Part shown: one piece after another, positions 11,063-22,200 of the stretch | Position numbering within the stretch: position 1 is the first letter of the stretch | Layout of the letters: each line of letters starts with the position of its first letter | From: Takakia lepidozioides | Lineage: Eukaryota; Plantae; Bryophyta | Reading direction: 5' to 3' | DNA length: 64,000 nt | Assembly (NCBI GenBank): GCA_030704615.1 | Contig: CM060732.1 | Location: 80,910,001-80,974,000 of the forward strand | Position numbers and translations under genes: made by a program | The notes under the pieces: generated by a model | The model's database searches: none | Told to the model about the DNA's origin: nothing | Seen by the model: the letters and a program-made list of their open reading frames with translations, nothing else

Positions 11063-14000
11063 ACCCCGCTTGCAAATGTAATCTTGCCAACCTTTCTTTC
11101 TAACCAACGTCTTTGTGCTCCTCAACTTCCCGGGTTCCAAAAATCGTTGGAGCAGATGACATAACTTATTACTGTACTTCAGAGGATTTCAGAGGCTGTG
11201 CATTTTTTAAGTTTGTCTCTTTGTTACCTTTTAACCTTTATTTGCCAATTGGTAGAATTCAAAAGTTTTGATATACTACTCTGTATGGTAATTTTGGCAT
11301 CTTGTGAATCACCAACCGTTCCAAAAGATTTTATTATGCAGGAGCCTTGTGCAGTGAACTCCATCTCTTTGGCTCTGGCCACTCTTGGTTTCATCCTAGT
11401 AAAGCACCCAATGCTTTTTGTACTACTTTGCCCATGTCACCAACAGATCCTAACATTCCCATTGCGAATATCCTGATTATGAAGTGATTGGTGAGTACAT
11501 CAGTATACAATTTCAGTACATAAAAGTGATGATATTTCATTGGTTCTGATGTATGTAAGGTGAGAGGTTACAATAAAGATAGTGAGTGCAATTCTGATGG
11601 ATGTAATTTTCTGGAATTCCTCCTTATTCACCCCAACCTGCAGTAGTAGCATGCTGCTTCCCACTCCACATCAACATATTGGCTGTAGAGACCTAAAGCC
11701 AAGGAAAACTCAGAAGGAAAAAGTGAGTCATGGCAATCTCTCCACTTCTGTCCTGGGCAGTGGCAAAAGCCCAATTGATTTGACTATATGACCAACAAAC
11801 CTCGGCAGTTCCTCCCTTAAAAATATGTTCAACTAAATGCACTAAACTACTCTAGTGACTAATAAATTCCATTTGAATCACATAAGGTAATCCAGCACTC
11901 CCTACTCAAACCATGAACCAGATGGCAGCCTGGTAGTCCCAAACCTCTTGTTCACGGCCCCATCCTTTCTCTCTCCTGATTCTCAGAGGCAAGCTCTGTG
12001 ATAGACTTACTAGATGAAGTTGATTTTGAATCATTACTCGGCTGTTTCCCTGTGGGTCTTTCACTTCTCTCCTTCAGCACTAAAGGCCTTCTGTAAATCA
12101 TCAAAAGAAACTGTCGCTGAACTTCTTGGTCTGGCTAGCTGCTGTGATCATGTATCTGGTGCCATATATATCACCTGGGAGACTGGGTATTTCGAACACT
12201 CACTTCTTCCGATGGGCGTTTTTATCTGATCGATTGATAGATGAAAGGGAAGCGGGCCCCCCCCAAGTCAGGCTATCAACTTGCATCTAACTGAAACTGG
12301 GTATCATGCCCTTCAGACTTTTGTTGACTTATTCTTCTCCTAACGAACGTTGTTATCGGACAACTTCACGCACTGAGCTTTCCATATATTCCAGAGGACT
12401 GCCGGTCTGATGGTAACCTACACTTGGCATCGATATAAGATAGACCCATCCTGAGCATTCAACGAGTGAATCGACTTAGTGGCGAAGTACCGCCTGATTC
12501 GCAAACAGAACGCTCTCCAGTTAGGCAGAGCCTGACAAGAGCACCAGTAATTAAGCATAGGCTTGATTTTGGTAATAACTGGTGCCAATCGCTGAGAGGT
12601 GTGGATGCTATGGCCGATCTGATGCCCGATCAGGTTATGCATCTCTCCGTTATTGAGCCACGACATGCCCAGATTGAGACCATGGCGGGATGTGAGGGGG
12701 AGCCTGCACCCCAACTTTTTATCGTCTTTTGCCAATTCACTGCAAAATCAGAGGTCAGACAAAAATCAGAGAGGGCCGATTAGCTTTAGCCTTGGTCCGA
12801 GTATCTAAGAAACAGGACCGATCACCCGCATACATGGTTAATTTGACCTCATATCCTGCCGAGCGAGACTCCTAAACTCCGGGTTAGCATCAAACAACTG
12901 GCCCGATCCAAAACAAAACGCAGAGAGAGAAAGTTTAACGCCAGTTGGAGATTTTTTTGCTTTGTGGTTGAAGCATTTAGCCAAAACCTGTCGACCAAAG
13001 CAAGACTGTGATGTGTTGAAAGAGTAGCAGTCTGGTCTGTTAAGACTGTCACATTTCAAGCTCGAAGCTTGGATTTGTTTCTTGTTTTTCTCCCCTTCTA
13101 CGTGAATCTATCATCTCCCTTCTCCCAAAAGTTATACAAATATTGAAATAGCTGTTGAGTTCTGAGTTTTTAGGTTTTATTGTATGGAGCCCACCCTCTG
13201 AACAACAGGGATGGCTACGTCCTCCATTACTGTCCTGCGGGGAGGGGGAGAAGCCATGCCCAAGGAGAAGACAGACCTCATACCATGCGGCAGAGTCATG
13301 GGACAGGTTTTGGAAGAAAGGGTATCTACTTCAGCAGTGCTGCGCCCAAGGCCCTTGCAAGTGATGGGTGGGACGTCTCCTCAGCCTCCAGGGATATCAA
13401 AGGAAGGTATAATTCTGCATCTCTTGTTTGGGCCTCTGCACATGTAAACTTCTGTTCTACTTCTCTTCTTGCGATTCATTGCCTGATAGATGAAGAAAGA
13501 TCGAGGAGAATTTTTTTAACGTACACGAGTCTTAACGTGGCTTGCCGATTTGCATGAGGCATCGTAATATCCTTTTTGGGTTGCAGCTACCCATCTGAGT
13601 TTTTCTCAGGGAGTTGTGATAAGGCTCGCGCATAGGCCACCGAAATCTAGCAAGGCAGAGCTGCAAGGATTGTAGCTCACTCCATAATTTAAGAGCCAGT
13701 TATGACTGATGGTGAAACTCTAGTATTGGAGCACCTATTGATCTACATTTTAGTGCAGACCAAGCAAGAAGCAGAGAGCAGCTTTGGCAGGAGTTAACGT
13801 CAGATCCTTTGCAGTGGCTGGACAACAGGTCAAATAAGGTGAGCCTGCCTCTGTTGTTACCCATTCATGTCTAGTTCCTTTGAAAAAGTGGACATTTCCC
13901 TGTGTACCTTTGGTGGTTGTAGCCTGACTAGTCTGTAGGAGACTGTGGTTGAAGCTAACAGTTTACAGCTGCATGCACTTGCTTTTCCCAGAGAAGTCCA

Positions 14001-14339
14001 GGATCACCAGACTACAGCCATAAGTGCACCAAAGAAATCCTTTGGATTACGAATTGGGCAAATCCTCCTCGGGTGAAAGGAGAGCTGTCTGCGCTTATAC
14101 AAGGTCGAACACAATCTGATGAGGGTTCTGTTCACGATGGAGCTTCAGGCCGAGAATACAATAGGTATTGTTGTTGAGGGTTGCAACGCAAGCAATCAGG
14201 ATTGGTACAGTTTGTTCACAAATTATGTAACTGCATAACTGTGTAAACCCATTATATAGTGAGGAGCCTGTCCTTGTGAACATATTTTGCTTCAGGTGGT
14301 TTGAGATGTATTATGTGAGTTTGAGTGCAAAGGTTTGTG

Positions 14340-16844
14340 ATGTTGGTACCTGAGAATTTGAAGTACTGCAGGATTCCATGTTTGAATGAGGCACAGCTGT
14401 GCGAATCAAGGATACCTACCATCACCACTGCTTTTGAAAGAGGGTCAACAGAGGGACTCAACAATAACTCCTCTGGCACTCATGGGGTTTTAAAGACTCT
14501 GTGTAAGGCAGGACGATTGAAAGAGGCAGTGCACATTTTGAACCAACAAGGCATCTGGGCCAATTTAAATACTTATGTCTGTCTCTTGCAGGAATGCATC
14601 AACATGAAAGGCCTAGCAGAGGGAAGGCAGGTCCATGCCCACATTATCCAAAGTGGATTCAAACCAAATGTCTTTCTACTCAACACCCTTGTCAACATGT
14701 ATGCAAAGTGTGGGAGTGTGGTGGATGCCCGCCAGGTATTTGACAAAATGCCTGAACGAGACATGATTACCTGGAATGCAATGATAGCTGGATATGCCAA
14801 GCATGGTTGTGGGACAGAGGCTTTCAAGATCTATGAGCAGATGCAAGAGGAGGGGGTGACACCTAACAGAGTCACATTAATTTGCATTCTCAATGCCTGT
14901 GGCAGCCTAGGAGCCCTTCCAAAGGGCAAAGAAGTCCATGCCGACATCATCAAAGCGAAGGTTCCCTCAGATATCGTTCTTGAGACTTCCCTTGCTGACA
15001 TGTATGCCAAATGCGGGAGCATGAGAGATGCACTTCAAGTGTTCAATAATATGGCCAAACGAAATTTGGTCTCCTGGAGTGTGATGATTGCAGGATATGC
15101 TCAGCAAGGGCAAGGTAGGGAGGCTCTTGAGATGTATGAGGAAATGATTCAGGAAGGGGTGACGCCCGACAAGGTCACATTCATTTGCATTCTCAATGCA
15201 TGTGCTAGTCTAGGTGTCCTGGAGAAGGGAAAAGAGGTGCATGCTGACATTGCCAAAGCTGGAGCTGCATCAGATATCATTCTGGAGACTGCCCTAGCTG
15301 ACATGTATGCCAAATGTGGGAGCATAAAGGATGCACGGAAAATATTTGACAATATGGCTGACCGAAATGTGGTCTCATGGAATGTAATTATCGTAGGATA
15401 TGCCCAGCATGGGTTTTGCAGGGAGGCTTTTCAGATGTATGAGCAAATGGTGCAGCAAGGGGTGACGCCCAACAACGCCACGTTTATTTGTGTTCTCAAG
15501 GCATGCGCCTGCCTAGGGATCCTGGAGAAGGTCAAAGATGTCCATGCTGACATCAAGAAAAGTGGAAGTGCAAGAGATATTATTCTGTACAATAGCCTTG
15601 TTGCTACGTATGCCAAATGTGGGAGCATAAAGGATGCTCGTCAAGTGTTTGATGGTATGGCTCAACGAGATGTGATCTCTTGGAGTACGATGATTGCAGG
15701 ATATTCTCAGCAGGGGTGTGGTGGGGAGGCTTTTGAGATCTATGAGCAAATGATAAGGGAGGGGGTGACCCCCAACCACATCACATTCATCTGTGTTCTC
15801 GGTGTGTGTGCCAGCCTTGCAGCCCTGGATAAGGGCACAGAAATCCATGCTGCCATCATAAAAGCAGGAATTGTGCCCGATATCATACTGGAGACTGCCC
15901 TGGTCGACATGTATGCCAAATGTGGGAGCATGAAGGATGCTCGTCAATTGTTGGACAATATGGCTGGAAAAGATGTGGTCTCATATAGTGCAATCATTGC
16001 AGGATATGCTCAACATGGGTGTGGTAGGGAGGCTTTTGAGATCTATGAGCAAATGATACAGGAAGGGGTGACTCCCAACAAGGTCACATACATTTCCATT
16101 CTCAAAGCATGTGCCAGCCTGGCAGCCCTGGAAAAGGGCATAGAGGTCCATGCTGACATCATCAAAGCTGGAGTTGCGCCAGATATTATTCTGGAAACTG
16201 CCCTTGTTGACATGTATGCCAAATGTGGGAGAATGAAGGATGCACAGAAATTGTTTGACTCTATGAGTAACCGAGATGTGGTTGCATGGAATGCAATGAT
16301 CACAGGATATGCTCAGCATGGGTGTGGTAGAGAGGCCCTCCAACTATTTGGACAAATGGAACAGGAAGAAGTGAAGCCAGACAATGTCACTTTTCTATGT
16401 CTTCTGTCTGCATGTAGCCATGTCGGCCTAGTGCAAGAAGGCAGTCACTACTTTGGTTCCATGAGTCAAGATTATGGGCTCACTCCTACTGTGGAGCATT
16501 TTGGCTGCTTGGTGGACCTTCTGGGCCGTGGAGGGCAACTGGCTGAAGCAGAGGACTTAATTAACAAAATGCCAATCGAGCCAGATGCTTCAGTGTGGGG
16601 GGCTTTGCTTGGTGCCTGCAGAATCCATGACGATGTGGAGAGAGCAGAACATGCGGCAAAATGTCTTCTGAAGTCAGATCCACAACATACTGCAAGTTAT
16701 GTGCTGCTATCAAACATCTATGCTGCAGCTGGCAGGTGGGATGATCAAGCAAAGGTGCGACAAATGATGAAGGACAGGTGTGTCAGAGAGGAGCCAGGGC
16801 ACACCTATGTTGAGGTGGACACCCAGGTGCGTACATTTGTGTAG
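14340..16844 (+). CDS. PLS-class pentatricopeptide-repeat protein (E-type C-terminus, no intact DYW); organellar RNA-editing-factor family
   Basis: Single long ORF with six YAKCG units exactly 303 nt apart (14697 to 16212), then LLSACSH.GLV, CLVDLLGR, VWGALLGAC, YVLLSNIYAAAGRW and a PG box. The true start may use upstream exons. Confidence 0.95.
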   Translation: MLVPENLKYCRIPCLNEAQLCESRIPTITTAFERGSTEGLNNNSSGTHGVLKTLCKAGRLKEAVHILNQQGIWANLNTYVCLLQECINMKGLAEGRQVHAHIIQSGFKPNVFLLNTLVNMYAKCGSVVDARQVFDKMPERDMITWNAMIAGYAKHGCGTEAFKIYEQMQEEGVTPNRVTLICILNACGSLGALPKGKEVHADIIKAKVPSDIVLETSLADMYAKCGSMRDALQVFNNMAKRNLVSWSVMIAGYAQQGQGREALEMYEEMIQEGVTPDKVTFICILNACASLGVLEKGKEVHADIAKAGAASDIILETALADMYAKCGSIKDARKIFDNMADRNVVSWNVIIVGYAQHGFCREAFQMYEQMVQQGVTPNNATFICVLKACACLGILEKVKDVHADIKKSGSARDIILYNSLVATYAKCGSIKDARQVFDGMAQRDVISWSTMIAGYSQQGCGGEAFEIYEQMIREGVTPNHITFICVLGVCASLAALDKGTEIHAAIIKAGIVPDIILETALVDMYAKCGSMKDARQLLDNMAGKDVVSYSAIIAGYAQHGCGREAFEIYEQMIQEGVTPNKVTYISILKACASLAALEKGIEVHADIIKAGVAPDIILETALVDMYAKCGRMKDAQKLFDSMSNRDVVAWNAMITGYAQHGCGREALQLFGQMEQEEVKPDNVTFLCLLSACSHVGLVQEGSHYFGSMSQDYGLTPTVEHFGCLVDLLGRGGQLAEAEDLINKMPIEPDASVWGALLGACRIHDDVERAEHAAKCLLKSDPQHTASYVLLSNIYAAAGRWDDQAKVRQMMKDRCVREEPGHTYVEVDTQVRTFV

Positions 16845-16863
16845 AAGGAAGGAGGTTGGGTAG

Positions 16864-16955
16864 GTGCAGAAGGCTGAGGAGAGTTTTTGCCACCACAGCA
16901 AGAAGCTAGCCATTGCATTTCGGCTTATCAGCATGCCTTCTGGGATGCCTACTGT
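16864..16955 (+). pseudogene. Decayed DYW deaminase-domain fragment
   Basis: AEESFCHHSKKLAIAFRLISMPSGMP resembles the consensus ..E..L..HSEKLAIAFGLIS.P.G.P; it lies out of frame after the stop codon, and no CxxC or DYW terminus follows. Confidence 0.8.
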
Positions 16956-17419
16956 CTTGGAAAAACCTGCTTGGGTGAAAGCACAGCTATACTTCCATGT
17001 GGCAGTACAATCCCGTGCCGGTCTATTGTTTATTTATGTGCACCATGGAGCTCCAGGCAGCTGCAAAGAGCGGAGGCAGTGATGCAGATGTAACGGAAAG
17101 TTGCAGGATGCAATAGGAGGATAGGGGAGTAGATGCGAGGGGGTGGCCATAGACAGGTTTGTACGAAAGTTAGGTGTCAGGATTGACACCCATTTGTTCT
17201 CTTTCAGACTTAATTGTGTTTTTAGGTTTAGGCTGTCAGTACAGAGCCGAATGTTGTGAAATCTTTGCAAGCCAATATGCTGAAGGCAACATTCTTCCTT
17301 ATCTTCTGCGTTACACTTGCATAGTCATATCTCGTAGAAGAGCAATTTTTCAAGGCATCTTTCAAATCTGAAAGGCAAAGCAACCCTTCTATTTTCAGGC
17401 CAGGGACCATCTTTAGGAG

Positions 17420-17900
17420 TTAGATTAGAAGGCTGATGTTGAAACTTGAAACTTGGAACCAGCCATTCCTAAACATCTCAGGATGGGATTCTTGCCAAAA
17501 CATATTTAAGGACCAGTTCATTCTTATGAATTGGATCTGACAGACACAACCTTTGATCTGCTGGTGTCGCCAAGCTCTCTCACGTGGAGCCAATTGCCAC
17601 TGGATGGCCCGTAACAACCAAAGGATCAGAGAACCACGGTTAAATTCAGAGGGTGACTTAATTTGCATAGACATCTTCAGCACTTGGTTTTATATGCTTC
17701 AGTGTAGTAATACCTCCACCCGCAAACTGTGGTTTGGAGCCAAGTTCAATTTATGGCTCTGGTGGAGAGATCTCTCATATTCCAAATTAGGCTATCAGAC
17801 AACCTGGACCCAGAGTAAGTGGCAAACCGCAGTAGGCAAACTGAACCATGCCATTGGAAGTGTATTCAATAGAGTACCCACGCCACTACTCAGACAGGTA
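17420..17900 (-). mobile_element. Possible highly decayed L1 3' (zf-RVT-like) remnant
   Basis: LWLLRAIQWQLAPRERAW...CVCQ...SLNMFW loosely resembles the L1 zinc-binding region. Confidence 0.3.
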
Positions 17901-19219
17901 CCAGTCACAGCCCGTGGACCTGGATTTATCTTCACATGAAATCAATGTAAGTGATACTAACACCCTCAAAACATCTGCAGAACTATAAACAGTTTTGCAA
18001 GAAAGTTGTTGCACAAAATATTGCAGTCCCTCCGCAAGGTCAGACTATGACAAATCTCTGCAGACAATGGGACAGGTGCCTCAGAGAGAAGATTGGTTGA
18101 TAAGTCACTGTCCACAAGGACTCATTTGACACACACAATTTGATACAAAGTAATCATCACAGGCACCTGTTCCCTCCTCCAACTGAGATGCCATTATGTC
18201 ACAAAGATCATATGCACGGCTGTGAGAGTGAGAAGTCCGCACTCCAGCTACCTGACTGATAACCTGCTGATCACAGGCTTATGGCTGTGCAGAATGCCCG
18301 TATCACAACACCAAAACTGTGTCAGTGAGGCACCTAAACACACCCACCAGCACTACCGTGGCCTTCTGCACTACACTCAGTGTGTTGCGTCACACAAACT
18401 TGTGCAGCAGCATCTAACACATCGCACTCATGAAGCAGTACTTGGACGTCTTATTGGAAAACGTTCAGTAAACCAGCATGTGGCTAGAGAAGCTGAATGG
18501 CAAAAAACAACACTACACAAGCCAATAGATTGTCATCAAGCTCAAAGTCAAGGAGCTGAAGTGGAGAAGCGATTCATTGACACACTTGGTACACATACCA
18601 TGCCAAAGCACAGACTGCTGCCATTTACTGATAAATACGTGAAGTTGATTTAAGAACATAACAAGAGAGCAGACGCAAAATTTGTGGTCACACGCAGGAC
18701 CACCATGCCCCGGGCTAGAATCTAGCTCATACACCCCTGACATGACTTGCTGCATTTTGGGCAGGCCCAGTTCATGACCACAGCCCCTCGCCAGAGAGGA
18801 AGGGGGCTTTTGGAGCCCCCCGACACGAGACCTACATGTGTGAGTCTGTACAATTGGAACGAAGGATGCTCACTTTTTACACACACGTTACATCTAACCT
18901 CTGCCTCCACCCTTCCTCTTTTCACACACGTGCGCTGCTCTCCACCCATTGACACTGCCGCTTTTCTACTTAAATGGATCCAAAACCCCACCACACTGTA
19001 GGAGGGGGAAGGGGTTGGCAGAAGAAGAAATGTCTCTCCCCGAGCTGGCCTCCCTTCAAGGAGCCAATACTTACACAGACAGATGAACGACAGACAATGG
19101 GCTACACAAAGGTACATGCCGCTACAACCTGCAATAGCACTCTCGCTCTCTTACTCCCCACTCTGATACCCCCTCCCTCCATCACAACAATTGAGTAGAA
19201 TAGTACACTATTACACTAT

Positions 19220-22200
19220 TTACTGCTGGGAAGACCTCTGCTCCATCATTGCCCCAAGAAAAGAACCCTGCCCCATAACAACATAGCCTTGATTGCCAGC
19301 AACCCTCCTCCCGCCAACCAACACAGCACCCCAACAATTAAACTCTAGGGTACATAGGAGGAAGGAGAGGGAAAGAGAGATGTGATGCTCTAAGAGAGCA
19401 GGGACTGGCCCTTGCTTCAAGGCAACCAGTGTTGCCCACTCGATCCAAAGTCTCATGCAGGCAGGTGTGCCATGTAGGCAGCACTGCGCCTTTCTGCACC
19501 ACAGGAAAATTCCCTGTTACTTCCTTCCTGCAAGATTTTAAGCTTTGATATCTGGCTAGCAAACTACCAACTAATGCCTCACTGTTCACAGCCATCCTAC
19601 AGAAACACTTGACAGATTAAGAATGCACACAAAGCCCTTAGGCCTAGGTCTACCTGACCCTTGGACAAAGCAATCATTTTCACTTATAACTGCCACACTG
19701 TCCACAATGAATCAGTATTTCCTCAAAAAGGTGTTCCCAACCCTACTATGAAGTGTTAGGAGTTTAACATTGCGGCTGAATATACAGGCGCTCCAAGCTG
19801 GACAACAAGTATAAACAAGGACCCCAGAGTTGATTGGGGGAAGCACCCCACTACCCTGTCAACTGAAGGATAGCAGAAAGAAGTTCTACCTCCAGCAGCA
19901 ACAAGCTTCTCGACACGGGCGACAATGTGTTTGCCATATGTATACTTCTTGAGCGCATATAAATGCACCCGAATTCGCGACAAGAGCATTTCGCGCTGCT
20001 GCTCATCGCATGTCTCCAGCACCTTTTGGACTACATAATTAGCAAACTGGTCTTTCATCATTGCCTGCACCAGTACCATATCAACCTTCCATCATCATCC
20101 CTTCTTCGCCTCACCAAGAACTTTGCCTAGTTGCGATCTTCTGTGGCCACTAGCAATATTCAAATAGAAGTATCACCATTCCATTGGGATCAAATTTCTG
20201 AATGACATGCACTTTCAGCATCCTGGGAAAGATCTTGTGACTCTACTCACCAATAGCCAAAGAGAAGTTATCAAGACAGGGCATTAGACGAAGTGAATGT
20301 CTCTCTGGAAGGGAGGATGCCACTGAAAGCTCTACTCGCCAAAAATTGGTTAAGATATCAATCAAATAGCATAATCTAGGACACCTCCTTGATCAAGAAT
20401 CCCAAACCGTAGGGAAGTATCCCTACTCAAAATCTTACAAGTTGTGAGGGTCGTGATTCTCAGGAATTGACCTATTGATATCTAACATAGCAAAAGAAGA
20501 CAGTCATACAAGGAAACCGCCGTACTCAACAATGCCTACATAAAGGCAAACCGGAAACTCACTGTCTTCATCACAACCCAAGAATCTTAGGCAAATGCCT
20601 CAAATAGCTTATGGTCAACAGCTCCTATATTGACTCAATCAAGGACAAACTCAGACCTGCAGGGGCTCGTTTTCATCTGTCTGGCCTAGCATTTCATTGA
20701 TCAAAATCTGGCGCTCCGCTGGTCCCCCAAACTCCAAGCACTTCTCCACGACATTTGACGCAAATTTATGTTGACTCATTTGTACAATTTGGCCTGCTAG
20801 CTTTGTAATGATTTCACTTCTCTCATTGGCACGTCCATGCTCCAGCACATGCTGCATCACAACCCACAGCACAATGTCAGACACCCTCCAATCTTCTGAA
20901 ACACATCATCAAAATACCTTTTTTCATAGATTAAGACATTAAGACAATCTTCCACCTCCACCCAGCACAAAGGAAAACATGCCTCACCACTTTTCACTTC
21001 GTCATTGCTAAACTTTCCCATTATTCGTGAGAAATGACACTGAAGATCTCTGCATGTGTATGATCAAACCTGGACAACATAATTGCCATACTGATCTTGA
21101 GCAAGATTGCAAGTGGAGCGAAGAATCTCCTCCATTATGCCCCGTTGCTTCTGCTCGTCCGTACAGTGTTCCAAAACTCTCTGGTAAAGCAGACATGTTG
21201 TCAGCTTCGCTGATGATTTCAAGGAGATTATCAAGCTGCACAATGTTTCAGAATGCCCGCAGTCCTTCCACAGGATGAGGTCGCAACGGGTTATTTGGAA
21301 CATTATGGAACAGAAAGCTGATATGCTTTCTAAGGCTGGAATTATAAGTTGAGCTCAACTCAATTTTGCCTCAATTAATGTAAGTAAGCTGCAGTAAGGT
21401 GAAGACTCAGAGAGTCACTGTTTCAAAATCCAGGCAAAGGGGATTAAAAAACCAGTGTTCAAAACAGCCATAGAGCCCATAAGCTTATGGATTGCAGGAA
21501 CTATGCCTCTAGTGCAGAATAAATCCTTAGAAATGTTTTTGCTAAAGTATTCAAGAAGTGTGTAAGAGAAATGTCTAGCATACCTGAGCTGCTAGCACAT
21601 TAGTCAATATTTCATAACAGTTACCTGGATAACCCTGCACCCATACGGGTGTGTGGAAAGAACCACCACTTGGCCATAGAAAGCAGAAATTATAAAATGA
21701 ACTCTGTCAGGGGGCACACATTCGATGCACTTTTGAACCACGTGGTTTCCATTCTGGTCCCGCACACACCGCATGACGTGCCCATCCAACTCTGACACCA
21801 GCTGCGTCTGTTGGTCCACATCTACCACCTCCAGAGCCTGCCCAAATCCCACCATGGTAGTTTCAGCAGTACATCAGTTGATTGCCTGTCTTTCTGATTG
21901 GCATTGGAGCCTCCATACCAAAGGGTAAATATAAAAACAAGGCAGGCCACAACGGGTGTTCATATCATACAGGATTTTAGTAGTATTCCGTAACAGCAAT
22001 GGCCCTAATATCTATATATCTGCTATCATTCTATCAGGCTTCTCTTTCTGATCAGAGTCTTCATGTACTCCTTTGGACATCAAAGGGATAGTCATTAGCC
22101 AGAAGATCAAATTCCAACACATGCTATTATGCCTCTTTAATTGTCAACCCATCCAAACAATATACCCATGTAACTGCATAGTCAAATAGAGACACAACTT

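Noticed and set aside
11500-12900. Possible LINE remnant or small gene between the HAD and PPR genes
   Set aside because: Only a GLG-like tripeptide and a 105-aa ORF without recognisable motifs.
14573-16343. Repeated antisense ORFs (MLPHLAY...)
   Set aside because: Shadow frames of the PPR repeats.
16827-16869. GT-AG pair that would splice the PPR ORF in frame to the DYW relic
   Set aside because: Only 43 nt and purine-rich, which is implausible for a plant intron; the product would still lack the catalytic residues.
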